From NCBI GenBank assembly GCA_023205875.1, contig CP060757.1, positions 744,001 to 808,000 on the forward strand: DNA of 64,000 nucleotides, given 5' to 3'. This DNA comes from Chloropicon primus (Eukaryota). Of the stretch, positions 50,040 to 61,780 are shown in pieces. Made by a program: the position numbers and the translations under genes. The first letter of the stretch is position 1. Every line of letters begins with the position of its first letter. The notes under the pieces are model-generated. The model worked only from the letters and a program-made list of their open reading frames with translations. It searched no databases and had not been told where the DNA came from.

Positions 50040-50534
50040 ATGGTCGTGTACTTGCTGAAAGTGAGATGCGAGCTTGAGAATGTGACCACCTTCAAGCCGC
50101 CCAAGGGGATGTGCTACTGCCTGGACCTCCAGCAGTCGGATGGGGACGAGGTCAGGGAGAAGGTGGTGGTCGATCCTGGCGAATTGGTTCCGATGAAGGG
50201 AGGCCGGGGTGAGGCGAACCTGACGCTCACTTTTGGCTCGAAGAAGGAGGCGTCCGTCTCGTTTTTGGATGGTCTGAAGGGCGAGGCCGCTGCCAGACCT
50301 TACATGGAAGAGGACAACGGCCAGTTCGTGACTTTTGCCGCGTTCGAGTGCCGCAACTGCGTTCCGACCAAGTGGCACCAGCTCAGCGAGCTCAGTTGCG
50401 AGAGCACAGAGGGCAAGAAGTTCGATGAGGTCGACTTGAGCGAGGACGACTGGTGCGATTACGACGACGAGAACGACCTCTCCGTCTCCATCTCTAACCT
50501 TGAGAGCACGTTCGAGGTTCACAGGGGAAAGTAA
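50040..50534 (+). CDS. DUF866/CZIB (C1orf123)-like protein
   Basis: MV.YLLKV.CELENVT, GGRGEANL, FECR..VP, F.EVDLSEDDWCDYD..SVSI. Confidence 0.85.
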   Translation: MVVYLLKVRCELENVTTFKPPKGMCYCLDLQQSDGDEVREKVVVDPGELVPMKGGRGEANLTLTFGSKKEASVSFLDGLKGEAAARPYMEEDNGQFVTFAAFECRNCVPTKWHQLSELSCESTEGKKFDEVDLSEDDWCDYDDENDLSVSISNLESTFEVHRGK

Positions 50535-50583
50535 AAGGCTATTGCTGTCTCGTAGTGTACACGTTATTATTACTTTTCGCGAA

Positions 50584-52158
50584 TCATTCCGCGATTGGTT
50601 CCGCTTTCACTGGGTCGTTGCCAGGCAGCCAGAGGGACAATTTGGAGCTCCCTGTGGCAAACAGAGCGTGACGCGGGGACCACTTCAAGCAGCTTGGGAT
50701 GTCCACCCCGCCCCCCTTGAGCTTTCCAACTTCCCGGCCATCGTCTAAGCTCCATACGGCCACGCTCCCGATTCCACAGCCACTGGAAACACACAAGAAT
50801 TAACGGAGTTAGTGTCGGCCGCAGCGGCGCGCTGAAGAGGAAACAGGCAGGAAATCAAGTTTTTGCTCACCTCAAGAGGTACTTGTCGTCCGAAGTGAAG
50901 TCAAACTCGACGTTGTCCGTTGCAATGCCAGTTTCGAACGTGTACAAGCTTCGTTGCGTCGCCTTGTTCTCCTTGACATTCTTGACGGTGTTCACGTCGA
51001 TTCTGTACACCAGTATTTTCCCCTGAATCGAGACAGCCACGAGGTCTCCCTTGTTGCTCATCTTCAAGCACGATATCGGTGGCCTCAGGAGCCCAATGGA
51101 TTCGCTGTGGATGGTGTGAAAGGGGCCGCCATCCATTTTCTGCGCGCTGTACAGATATATACTCCCCCCCTCCGTGCCAACGGCTATTACGTTCTCGTCC
51201 CTGTCCAATGCCACTCGAGGTTTCAGGCAATCGAGCTTCGTTTCGCCTGACTTCAGGTCGAGGCTCCCTTGCTCTGCTTCTGCTCTGAGATCCCACCTCT
51301 TCACCGTCCTGTCCAGGGAGCACGAAAAGAAAGCGTCGCTCACTTTGGACATCTCGATGCCAAGGACCTTCTCGGTGTGGCCCTGGAAGTACCTTATGTA
51401 GGCATTGTCGTGCAGAGAGTGGTACCGGATGGCGTGGTTCTCCGACGCTTTCTTAGTGCTATCCTCGCGGGTGCTCGCGTAAAGTATTGCCATGAGGTGG
51501 TGGGTGAAGCGAGCGGAAGACACCCCGTGCTTCCCGCTGTAGTAGGTCCTCTCGTGCAAACCCTGAACAAGTCATTCGCGTCAGTGCCCACCGCCAAAGG
51601 CAAAAGCTCCCAGCCGGAACTCCTCCACAGGAAGGAACTCCTTCGCTCGCCCAATGCTCGAGTCGTGTTTTGCTCCGTCTCAATTCACTTACCTTGTCAA
51701 TGTTGTAGAGCCTGATTCCCGCGTCCGCGTCCGTAATGGATACCAACAGCGGCTCAGAGTTGTGGTAGTCCAACGATGTGACCTGTTCACGTCGACAAGG
51801 AATCCGTCAGTCACTGCCGTTGTGCCGATGTCCCTCGACGCTCAACCTTCAGAGGGTGGCGCCGAGTTGTTCCTCGAGATCTACAAGTGGGGGCGAGCAC
51901 ACAGAAGGGGAGCAACCCCGAGTGGGCTCGCCCCTAGTCTTTCTCGCCGTGCAGCCTGGCAAGGAATGTGCGGCCGCGTCGCCCAAGAAGAGAACTTGCG
52001 AGATCGTGACGTACCTTGGGTTGCTCCTTGGTCTGCTCCTTCTGGTCGGGGGCCTGCCCCCCGAAGTCAGGAGGTCCGAAAACACGCCCCTCTTGGAACG
52101 TCTGCAGCAAGCCGTCGGAGATTTCGATCTCCCCGACGCCACCGTCTCCCGTCGCCAT
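50584..52158 (-). CDS. WDR82: WD40 protein WDR82/Swd2
   Basis: Exons 52158-52015, 51782-51693, 51562-50871, 50782-50584 in frame; KHGV..RFTH, IRYHSLHDNAYIRYFQGH, KWSPRHALFAT..LWLP. Confidence 0.82.
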
Positions 52159-52365
52159 CGCTTCGCCTGGCCCTGCCGTTCTCCGTCTGAACTCTGAACT
52201 CTGAGCTCCACCTCCCTCTTCCTCGAAGAGGGCTGCCAGATTGTGATGGATGGATGCGGAACCTCCTTTCCTTTCGACGCAGCAGCTGCTGGTTTTTTGG
52301 AGGGAAGCTTTGGGATAGTTGATGAGGAGCTCCTTGTTTGTGATAAGGAATGATATTATAATTAT

Positions 52366-55300
52366 TTATACATTCTGCTTCTCCCAATTATAACGAGGAG
52401 AGAAGTTTCTATGCCTCGAGCTCTTCGTGTAAAGGATGCCTCCAACACAAAGGAGGAGCAACACGAATCCAAAGACTTGGACTTGGACCAGACTGCCGTT
52501 TTTCGTATCTCTCGCTCCGACCCCAGTGATGGGTGTGTGTGCCGAGGTGTTGGGGGTTCCGTCGCCACGTGGGGTCACGGGATCCTCGCTGCTGGGTGAC
52601 AGCCCCAGACGACTAGAAATGGACGGACCACTTTGTGTGAGCCGCTTCTTGGCCCAGTCAATCCATTTCATCATGAGGTTGCTCCTCTCTCTGACCATGG
52701 CTGACCTGTCAGGCTGGTGACTCAAGGGGGCATTGCGGAAGCACTGCAGTGGCTTCGAAAGCAGCTTCATGCTCTCGCTATCAAGGTTCTCATGCTCATC
52801 CGGGATCGCGAACTCGTACATACCAATGTTCCCTCTGAAATACGCTGGACGATCGCCCGCGAAATTGTCAAAGTCAAAGTTGTATTCTCCCTCGTGGAAC
52901 GATCCCTCTTCGATCCAGGTGGGGGTCTCCCCCTCTGACGCATACTTGACAAAATCAGTGAAAACACCCTTCATCTTTTTGATTCCCGTTTTGGCGTGGC
53001 TGATGTCCTTGTCAAAACTGCTGGAATCGCTGAAAATCACAAGGTTTCCCTCTCCCACCTTGGTCATACCCAAAACAGGAGCCTTGTCGGCCTTCTTGTT
53101 GTGTGGTTCTATCTCGAAGATGACGCTGTTTGGAGGCATTCTCCCTATCATGGCACCGTCATAAACCCCAAGTTGCTTGTCAGGGCCCAGCCGCAAATGA
53201 CCGTTCGCTGTAGCGTTAGAAAAAGCAACTTCGAAATTGGAGAGGAGCCTGTTCAATGCAGGGACATTGCACCCGCCCATCGCAGGGTGCATGGTCGCCC
53301 GATAATTGTCATTCCACAAGGTGTACTTGTCAATCATGTGACGGTCGTACCAATCGGCGAGAACGAGAAGTCCCATGCCCTCTTTGGTCACGTCAGTGTA
53401 CAGTTTGTCGATTTCTTCTTGGTCGAACTCCATTTCTGGATCTATGACTACAAGAAGGCCGTACTGAGATGCGTCAAAGCAAGTCATCGACGAGCTGAGA
53501 ACCTCCACAAAGTAACCATTTGCAACCAGTTCGTTGAAAACGTTGAAATAGTTTGTGTGTGGGTGGTCCCCTTGGAAGTCGTACGTATGCGTCTCATGGG
53601 CCGCGTCCTTTGGGATGTAAGCATATGGATACTGAAGGCTGTGGTAGTCATCCCACAGAACGCGCTTGCTCCTTGGTGGAGTTGGCTCAACACGCAACTT
53701 AATGTCGATTCTAACCTCCTGCTCCCGCTTTGTCCCCCTCTTCTCGCCTGGGAACGGGGGAGACGACACATTGAATGTAATGCTGCCTTCCGCAATACCA
53801 GAGCTGTGGGCAGCTGCATCCTCGACATGCATGTAGACCCCAAGGTACCCGGACCAAGGCCAAAGGACGTTGCTGTAGTCAAACTGAAACCTGACTTGGT
53901 TCCCAAGCTTGTTCCTCGGGTTCCATCGTGGCGGATCAGTGAAATAGCCCGTGACGCCCATCCCGTTCATGATCGTGAAATTGAGCATGAGCGGCATGGA
54001 TTTGGCGTACACCGGCTGGGCGGAGTGAGGCCAGAAGAAGCCCGAGTCCTCCTTGGACGTGAGGTCGATGTAAGATGGGAAGACGGTCACTCGTGGCTCG
54101 TAGGCCTTGGCCACTTCGACTGATTTCAACATATTCAGAGCGCCAGGCCCTTGGTCGTACATTGAGAAATGGTCGAGACGGTCTGCACCCTCTATCAGCA
54201 TCTGCTTCAGGGACATAGGTGTCACCTTCCTGTACCTCTCCTCCTCAGGAATCGCGGAGGCGCAAAGCGCCGCTGCACTTAGAGCCACAGGGGATGCCGT
54301 GCTCGTTCCCATGATCTTCGAGCAACCCTCTTGATTGTTCAGTGCCATCACCATATCTGCGTAGGCCAAGATACCTGGCGTCACGCGTCCATACCCGTAG
54401 GGCTTCTCCTGCAGGGACATCCCCCTCGACTGATAGTCGCTGATCATGAAATTGAAGTTGTGAGAACCCACACCAATGATGTAGATTTCATCGGCAGGCG
54501 AGTTCGTCGTCCCCCTGAGGGGCCCCATGTTTCCCATAGCCGCAAACACTGCCACGCCATTCGCCACAAGCTCCCGAAACTTCTCCACAAACGGGTGGTC
54601 CAAAAAATCTGGCCCACCAATGGACACGTTGACCATGTGGACTTTCATCAGCAGCGCAAAGTTTATGGCGTCGAGGTACCACGAGCTAAAGGACTCGGTA
54701 ATGTCGGTGAACACTTTGAATGTGTAAATATCCACGTCCGGCGCGGCGCTGGAGCACTCTGGGTGGATCGAAGCAATAGACCCCGCTGAGGCTGTTCCGT
54801 GGCCATTTCCGTCCGTCCTGACCGGTTGAAACGTCCAGTTACTCCGCCACTTGATGTTTCGGATGTATCGCGTCTTCTCTGCTGGGTTCAGACCCGTGTC
54901 GAACACTCCGACCCTGATTCCTTTGCCCGTGTACCCTTGGTTCCATATGAGCTCTGGCTGGTACTGGGAGTTCGTTTGGTGCTCCACGCGCTCCCTCCCA
55001 GGGTCGAAGTACAGCCTTTCCTTGTACGCAGTGCTGTACGGGGCATCCATGCTGTCCAAGTCATCTTGGACGGCGTCCTTATAAGTCGAATCCACGGCAC
55101 TGGGGCCGGGCCTCGCTTGCAGGTCCCTGACACTCGAGTCCGGGAACACCCCCTTCACGCCCCTTAGACCCCTTATGGCCTCAACCAGGCCATCCTTCTT
55201 CCCGTCGCTCGGCACGGTGATGACCCCAAAGTCCGTGGTGTACTTCGAAGCCTCATTCTGGCGGTCTCTCCAGGCCCACGCCTTGTCCACGGGAAGGTGC

Positions 55301-55599
55301 TTCTCCAGACTCAGCTTGTGCTCGTCCGCGAACTTGTACTCGTCAAAGGTCACCACAAAGCTCTCGTCGGTGGCATTTCCCCTCGCGTCCGATGCGCTCG
55401 TCGTCTCCGCGGTGAAGTCGTAGACTTTGCTCTCCTCCTCCTCGATTTTAACGCACTCGTACTGCCCGTGCTCCTCCGCCAGTTGAAACAAAAGTCCCTT
55501 CTCGTCACACGTCGTCGCATCTTTCAGGCCTTGCGCACAGTTCCACCACGATATCGACACCAGCAAAGCCAAGAACACCACTCCCTTCGCCATCTTCAT
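52366..55599 (-). CDS. Membrane-bound subtilase, site-1 protease (SKI-1/MBTPS1)-like
   Basis: Triad VFDTG/GHGT/GTSTASP, IGGPDFLDHPFVEK, TPPRSKRVLWD.YH, GDHPHTN, C-terminal TM. Confidence 0.9.
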   Translation of the reverse strand: MKMAKGVVFLALLVSISWWNCAQGLKDATTCDEKGLLFQLAEEHGQYECVKIEEEESKVYDFTAETTSASDARGNATDESFVVTFDEYKFADEHKLSLEKHLPVDKAWAWRDRQNEASKYTTDFGVITVPSDGKKDGLVEAIRGLRGVKGVFPDSSVRDLQARPGPSAVDSTYKDAVQDDLDSMDAPYSTAYKERLYFDPGRERVEHQTNSQYQPELIWNQGYTGKGIRVGVFDTGLNPAEKTRYIRNIKWRSNWTFQPVRTDGNGHGTASAGSIASIHPECSSAAPDVDIYTFKVFTDITESFSSWYLDAINFALLMKVHMVNVSIGGPDFLDHPFVEKFRELVANGVAVFAAMGNMGPLRGTTNSPADEIYIIGVGSHNFNFMISDYQSRGMSLQEKPYGYGRVTPGILAYADMVMALNNQEGCSKIMGTSTASPVALSAAALCASAIPEEERYRKVTPMSLKQMLIEGADRLDHFSMYDQGPGALNMLKSVEVAKAYEPRVTVFPSYIDLTSKEDSGFFWPHSAQPVYAKSMPLMLNFTIMNGMGVTGYFTDPPRWNPRNKLGNQVRFQFDYSNVLWPWSGYLGVYMHVEDAAAHSSGIAEGSITFNVSSPPFPGEKRGTKREQEVRIDIKLRVEPTPPRSKRVLWDDYHSLQYPYAYIPKDAAHETHTYDFQGDHPHTNYFNVFNELVANGYFVEVLSSSMTCFDASQYGLLVVIDPEMEFDQEEIDKLYTDVTKEGMGLLVLADWYDRHMIDKYTLWNDNYRATMHPAMGGCNVPALNRLLSNFEVAFSNATANGHLRLGPDKQLGVYDGAMIGRMPPNSVIFEIEPHNKKADKAPVLGMTKVGEGNLVIFSDSSSFDKDISHAKTGIKKMKGVFTDFVKYASEGETPTWIEEGSFHEGEYNFDFDNFAGDRPAYFRGNIGMYEFAIPDEHENLDSESMKLLSKPLQCFRNAPLSHQPDRSAMVRERSNLMMKWIDWAKKRLTQSGPSISSRLGLSPSSEDPVTPRGDGTPNTSAHTPITGVGARDTKNGSLVQVQVFGFVLLLLCVGGILYTKSSRHRNFSPRYNWEKQNV

Positions 55600-55757
55600 C
55601 TCCCAAGTCCCTACCTTTCCTTCACCCTCCCCTCCCCCAAGCCCCTTCCCTCACCACGAAACCCTCTCTCCTCCACCTCCACTGCCGTTCCGACGCCACC
55701 GTCTTCGTCTTCGTCTGGGGCACGAGGGCGGAAGTCGAGGGGGGACAGAGGAGAGGG

Positions 55758-58252
55758 ATGATCACAAGAAGGATCGTGAGGAGTATGAGCGCGAAAGGGA
55801 TGTCAAACGAAGGGGGGAAAGCGAAGGCGTTGCCCGCGAGGGTGCCGCATGAGGTGAAGTTCGGAGTCGTGGAAGGGGAGAACAGGGGGAGTGTGAAAGG
55901 GTCCCTGTTCGATCCACCGATCACGAGAACGGATCCTTACTTTTGGCTCAGGGACGATGAGAGGAAGAGCGAGAAGGTTATCGATTACCTGAAGCAGGAG
56001 AATGACTACTGCAAGGAGGCCACGAGCCACCTGGAGTCCTTCTCCGGCGAGATCTACAAGGGTGAGTTGGTTCTGACGTCTGCACCAGAAGACTGTTTCA
56101 GGCACGCTTGTGTTACGTGGAGACCAGACTGACACGAGGATTTGTTTCGCTCCTCGACTCCGTCTCTGCAGAGATGAAATCGCACCTGAAGGAGACGGAC
56201 GACGAGGTCCCTTGGCAGCAAGGGACCCTCGGCTGGCGTTACTTCACCCGAACTCTCGAGGGGAAAAGCTACAAGCTGCACTGCAGGACAAAGCTTGAGA
56301 GCAACGCCGAGGAAGATTTGCAGGGCGAGAACATCGATGTGATCCTCGACGAGAATGACGTCGCGAAGGATCTGGCGCACTGCGACGTGGGGTGCGTCGT
56401 CCCCTCCCCATCGGAAAACTTGGTGGCCTACGCCGTTGATTCCACTGGGTACGAGACGTACAAGGTCTGTTTCAGGGATCTGGACGGGAAGCAAAACACG
56501 GAGGAGACCATCGAGGAGACCACCGGGGACATTGCGTGGGGCCTCGACGACTCCTTGATCTTTTACAGCAAGATGGACAAGGCCCACAGGCCCCACCAGC
56601 TTTGGGTCAGAGTGAGAAAAGAGGGGACCGGGGAGGCTCGGGACCAGCTCCTGCTCGAAGAAGACGACGAGCGCTTCTGGCTCGGATTGTGGAAGTCGAG
56701 GAGCGGCAAAATCCTCTTTTCGGGGCTGAGGAGCAAGGAGACTACTGAGGTTCACATGATAGACCTGCAAGCAGTTCACGACAGGATTAAGGCGGGCCAG
56801 GACGTTGAAATCAAGGACTTCCTCAAGATGGTGTCCCCAAGGGAGCAAGGGGTCATTTACAAGGTCGATCACCTGGACAAGTTCGGCCACTTGGTCTTCC
56901 TCACCAACGCGTGGGACAAGAAGGAGTTCACGCTGTGCGCCGCGCCCGTGGATAAGCCAGACAGGGCCAACTGGTTCGAGATGGAGAGCTTCAAGTACGA
57001 CCCCGGCAAGTACCTTCTCGGGGCCTACTGCTTCAAGGATTTTGTTGTCCTGTCCGGGAGAGAGGGCGGCCTCACGAGGTTGTGGATCCTGCATTTCGCC
57101 GAGGATGGGGGAACTTTGGACGTCGCCAAGTGCCAGAGGGTGGAATTCGAAGAGGAGGCTTACGAGGTGAACTTCTCGGCCAGGAACAAGGTCTTCGATT
57201 CGGATTCCTTCCGCGTGATATACTCCTCGATGGTGACTCCTGACTCCACCGTAATGGTGAACAGCTCCTCAGGGGAAACCGAGGTCATCAAAGTCGACGA
57301 GGTTCCGGGGTACGACCCTTCCAAGTACGCAACGATCCGCCTGGAGGCGGAAGCCAGGGACGGGACAAAGATTCCCATGTCCGTGGTCTTCAAAAAAGAC
57401 AAGGATTTCGTTGACGGCGAAGACATCAAGACTCAATTCATGAGCAAGGAGCGCCCAACTTACCTTTACGGCTACGGATCTTATGGCATCTGCATTGACC
57501 CGAGCTTCGGCATGTCCAGGCTGCCGCTTCTGGACAGGGGCATGGCCTACGTGATCGCGAACATCAGGGGGGGGTCGGAACTGGGAAGGAGGTGGTACCA
57601 GACCGAAGGAAAGTACCTCACCAAGTGCAACACCTTTGACGACTTTGTGGACTGTGCAAAGTTCCTTCGCAAGGAAGGCATTGCGTCCAAAATCGCGATC
57701 GAGGGCCGCTCTGCCGGTGGCCTTCTCGTTGGGGCGTCCATGAACAGGGCTCCGCCGGGGCTCTTCGACGTTGCCGTAGCTGGCGTGCCTTTTGTGGACG
57801 TCATGGTCACCATGTGCGACCCCAGCATCCCCTTGACCGTGATCGAGTGGGAGGAGTGGGGCAACCCGAACGAGCCAAAGTACCACGACTACATCTTGTC
57901 GTACTCTCCTATCGACAACGTTGGCTCGGAGAGCAGCACGGAGAGTGGCAACGAAAAGTGCGGGGTTCAAGACTACCCGAGCCTGCTGATCACTTCGGGG
58001 CTCCACGACCCGAGGGTAGCCTACTGGGAGCCCGCGAAATGGATGGCAACGATGCGCCACCACCTGTCCGAGGCCGCCAAGGGAAGGGAGGGGGCGCCAA
58101 AGGAGGAGCCCCTCCTCTTGCTCAAGACGGACCTGACGAGCGGCCACTTTTCGGCCAGCGATAGGTACAAGTGGCTCAAGGAGCGCTCCTTCGATTACGC
58201 CTTTGTGCTGGACCAACTTGGCATCAGCAAGCCACTTGGCCCAAAGCTTTAA
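55758..58252 (+). CDS. ptrB: Oligopeptidase B (S9A prolyl oligopeptidase family)
   Basis: Intron 56062-56171; DPYFWLRDD, YGYGSYG, GRSAGG, DPRVAYWEPAKW, GHF. Confidence 0.92.
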
Positions 58253-58370
58253 GCAGCTTGATTAAAAGAAAAAATGTTATTTTTTAACCGACAGACGGTT
58301 TATTCTTGCTTGCCAGACCTTCGGTCATCATGAGGAGGAGCAGGTAGGGCAGGACGAGTGCTCGGGGAGA

Positions 58371-58886
58371 ATGGTGTGCAAGAATTGCGAGGAGAAGTTG
58401 GGCCGGGTGGCGGCCCCCGACACCTGGAAGGCCGGAGCGAGGAACACCATGGAAAGCGGGGGCAGGAAAGTTGGGGAGAACAAGCTCTTGTCCCGGAAGT
58501 TGGCTGCTGGTGGGATGGGGGCCACGGGCGGCGGTCCTCGACGGCGGTGCGTGGACTGCGGGCAGGCCTGCCACCAGGACCAAGCCACGCTGTGCCACGT
58601 GTGCGCTTACTCGAAGGGGGTGTGCGCAATCTGCGGGGTGAAGATTTTGGACACGACCTTTTACAGGATGACGGGGGCATCGGTGGCGACCCACAAGCCG
58701 AGAGGACCTGCTGAGGAGGACCAGGCCGGGGTTGGCAACAAGAGGAGCGCGAAATCGACTGATCCGACGGTACTGTGGGTCAAGGACAAGAAGACTGGGT
58801 ATCTCTTTGAGAAAACTACGAAGTATTACTACGATCCCGCCACAAAGCTCTACTTTCACCACAAGAGGGGCAAGTGGATGGAGTGA
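58371..58886 (+). CDS. CRIPT: CRIPT-like zinc-binding protein fused to a C-terminal OCRE-like domain
   Basis: MVCKNCEEKL..PDTWK.GA..GRKVGENKLL..CAYSKGVCAICG; tail WVKDKKTGYLFEKTTKYYYDPATKLYF. Confidence 0.85.
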   Translation: MVCKNCEEKLGRVAAPDTWKAGARNTMESGGRKVGENKLLSRKLAAGGMGATGGGPRRRCVDCGQACHQDQATLCHVCAYSKGVCAICGVKILDTTFYRMTGASVATHKPRGPAEEDQAGVGNKRSAKSTDPTVLWVKDKKTGYLFEKTTKYYYDPATKLYFHHKRGKWME

Positions 58887-59044
58887 GAAGGCAAGGGGGG
58901 TTGTTATTATTAAGGGGAGAAAGCGGGAGAAAGGGGTGGGGGCGTTCGTCAAGTCAGTAAGCTTTGATTTAAAAAAAAAATGGATATTTCTCAACGCTGT
59001 CGTGTCCTTCCTGCGGTGGTTTCGGTGCGCGCGCCTGACTCTCG

Positions 59045-60679
59045 TCAGATGACTTTCCACAGCAGAGTGTCCAAGTTCTTAGAGTTCAGCCTGCGGAACG
59101 GATGCTTGTTGTCACCCTCGGCAAGACCTGGTTTGGCCTTCTTTTGCTCCTCTTTTGGGCTGGGCAAGAGCTGGATCTCGCCGCAATACTTTGTGATCCA
59201 GGGGTGCCTCACCAGGTCCAGGGCGCTCGGCCTCTCCATCCAGTTGTACGTCAGGGCCTTGAGGATGAAGTTTCTGGCAAGGGGGGAGACAACTCCCTTG
59301 GAAAAGGAGATGGACCCCTCGAGGATCTTGTTCTCTGGTCTTTCATCCAAGTCGAGCTGACTGCCGAACGGGGGGCAACCCACCAGAAGCTCGTAGAGGA
59401 GAACGCCCACCGCCCAAATGTCGACGCGGTGGTCATACCGAGGCTTCTGGTGCTTGGAGCCCGTGAAGCTCGATTCAGAGAGGCGATTGTCCACCGGGCA
59501 CGACGAGTCGTTCTTTCCTTTCTTCAGCAAGGCTGTTCTCAGCTTCTGAATCTTCTGGAGCTCCTTGATGTCCAGCTCGGTGGGACACTTCAAGAGCTCG
59601 GGCGCCATGTAGTCCACCGTGCCGACCCTAATGACGGGGGTGCTCACCCTCGAGTCGATCGCGAGGCCGAAGTCGCACAATTGGATCTTCCAGCCCCTTC
59701 TCTTGATAGGATTTCTTCTCAGGTGGCGGTCATACCTCTTGGCCTTCCTGGGACCGCCAAGGCACAAAGTCCCCTGCAGCGCGGCGGCACACCCTCTTGA
59801 CTTGGTGGTCTGACCACTGCCCTTGGCCTTGCTCCCTGACCCACTCGAATCATGATCCTCATGGTCCCACTGGCCCCGGTACAGCTTCGCCTCAATGGTA
59901 TTGGCACTCTCCAAAACCTTCTCGTCGTCCTCCGACCAGGTCGAGAGCAAAATGTTCTCTGGCTTGATGTCCCTGTGGATCACGCCGTGAGAGTGCAGGT
60001 GCACCAGCAAGCAGAGCAGGGGCTTGATCACTTCTGTGGCGCACCTCCTCTCGTTGCCGTACACGCAGTTCAGGCTCCTTTCCTGGCCGCCGCTCTGGCC
60101 GCCGCTCTTGAAGTCGTACTGCTCGCTCAGGGCAAGGGTCTGGATCATGCCCTTCCTCAGCTCCCTGTACAGGTCGCCCTTCGTCTCCTCCTTCTGCACC
60201 AGGTAATAGCACGACCTGTCCTCAAAGGCAGCGAAGAGCGGAATGACGTGCATGCACTTGGTGTGCGCCCTGTGAATGTCCATCTCCCTCCTCACGTTCC
60301 TGTGGTGGACATCCTTCATCCTCTTCTTGTCGTACACCTTCATGATCACCACGGACACTTCGTCCTCGAGAGCCCGGGAAGAGTCTTGTTGCTGCTGCTG
60401 GGAGGAGTGAAAGCTACCGCCCTCCCTTATCTTCCCCATCACGCGGTCGCGCTTCCAGTCATTGCGCTGGCGATGGTGGTGGGACTTGAGGACCATGGCT
60501 CGGAAGACTTGGGACACCTTGCTGGAGGCGAGAAGCTGGATCGGCTTGAAGGCCTCGCTCGTCCAGTCGTGTTCCGCGATGGCCTCCAGGACGTTCCTCG
60601 GGCAAACCTCCGTCGCGAACGGCAGGGCTGGGCGCGGTGCCGACTCCGGCTGGACGTGGGCAGACGAGGAGGAGTCCAT
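59045..60679 (-). CDS. Aurora-like Ser/Thr protein kinase with long insertions
   Basis: HRDIKPEN, DFG, GTVDYMAPE, VDIWAVGVLLYELLVGCPPF, RPSA..HPWI. Confidence 0.85.
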   Translation of the reverse strand: MDSSSSAHVQPESAPRPALPFATEVCPRNVLEAIAEHDWTSEAFKPIQLLASSKVSQVFRAMVLKSHHHRQRNDWKRDRVMGKIREGGSFHSSQQQQQDSSRALEDEVSVVIMKVYDKKRMKDVHHRNVRREMDIHRAHTKCMHVIPLFAAFEDRSCYYLVQKEETKGDLYRELRKGMIQTLALSEQYDFKSGGQSGGQERSLNCVYGNERRCATEVIKPLLCLLVHLHSHGVIHRDIKPENILLSTWSEDDEKVLESANTIEAKLYRGQWDHEDHDSSGSGSKAKGSGQTTKSRGCAAALQGTLCLGGPRKAKRYDRHLRRNPIKRRGWKIQLCDFGLAIDSRVSTPVIRVGTVDYMAPELLKCPTELDIKELQKIQKLRTALLKKGKNDSSCPVDNRLSESSFTGSKHQKPRYDHRVDIWAVGVLLYELLVGCPPFGSQLDLDERPENKILEGSISFSKGVVSPLARNFILKALTYNWMERPSALDLVRHPWITKYCGEIQLLPSPKEEQKKAKPGLAEGDNKHPFRRLNSKNLDTLLWKVI

Positions 60680-61014
60680 GTGGATCAACAGTTGAATCAA
60701 TGAATGAATGAATCAATCAATCAATCCATGAATCAATCGGGTGGGTGGTTGGACCGCCAGGCGCCCGGCTCCTTTTGAGGATACGATTCCGAGGCCGGCG
60801 TGAGGTTCTTGGTTTGGCCCCACCCCATGGCTTGTGAATCGTCCCCTCGCGTTCCTGTTGACTCGTGCTAGAGTCTCTGACCTGGTCTCGGTGGTGCTGG
60901 TGGTCCGACCTGTCGTCCTTTCGTGATCTCCTGGACTTGGAGGAGGTCGGGGAGTGGATTCATGAATAATTATCTTCTCGTGCAGAATATTTGAAGTGAG
61001 ACGTGCGAAGGAGA

Positions 61015-61207
61015 GGGCTGCTCGACCCCCGCAGAATGTGCAAGGCAAGGGTCAAGCCTGGCGAAAGCCTGTGTAAAACACATGTCGCATCCGCCGCCCG
61101 AAAAAATTAGATTAATATCAAGACCTCATATCGAGGTCGTATCAGATATTAAACTGATAAGAACAGATACTACACTTGATCTTAGCCAAAAGGCCGAGAA
61201 AAGTAAT
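61015..61207 (-). ncRNA. U2: U2 snRNA (copy 1)
   Basis: Reverse complement of TTCTCGGCCTTTTGGCTAAGATCAAGTGTAGTATCTGTTCTTATCAGTTTAATATCTGATACG; Sm site AATTTTTTCG; stem-loop IV with TTGCAC. Confidence 0.95.
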
Positions 61208-61652
61208 GACATACACGAAATACACGAATTCAACGAATACCAAACCACCCGGGACCCAAGAAAACAATACGAATTACAAGCAAGAATCTTCCCAAGACAC
61301 CAAGATACCAAGATCGAGGGGGACCAAGCACAGGGCAATCGTTTGAGTGTCCTGGGACAAGGGACAAGGCCGATCCTGACTTGGATCCCACTGCAGAACA
61401 TCAAGGTGGCCACCGAAGCACAAAAAGTGCTCACCAGAGTCTGGTCCCAAGAGTCAGGGTTGGATTGGATCGGATTGGAGTCCAATCATTGGACTAACGT
61501 CGTGTTAAAGAGATCTTCGCCTCCTTGGCCGGCCCATTTCAGACCCCCGCCTCCTTGGCCTTCATCCCCAACGCCTCTGCATCGGCCTTCCAGAATGTCG
61601 TCGAAGCAGCCACTGTGGTAAGCCAAGAAGAGAAAGATGAGAAGGGTGCCGC

Positions 61653-61780
61653 CAGGCTTGGCATTTACGGCTGGGAAATGAAAAAAACGCGCGTATTTTT
61701 GAGTTTCATGAAAAGTACGGTTAATTACGCGTTAGAATCACGGCGTAAGAACCACGGCGTAAACGTAAATGCCAAGCCTG
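61653..61780. mobile_element. 128-bp non-autonomous hAT-like MITE
   Basis: 17-bp perfect TIR CAGGCTTGGCATTTACG / CGTAAATGCCAAGCCTG; 8-bp flanks GGTGCCGC and GGTGCTGC (7/8 identical); AT-rich core with repeated CACGGCGTAA. Confidence 0.8.

Noticed and set aside
51846..51881. Possible extra micro-exon in WDR82 intron 1 (ISRNNSAPPSE)
   Set aside because: Its inclusion shifts the frame, while direct splicing 52015 to 51782 stays in frame
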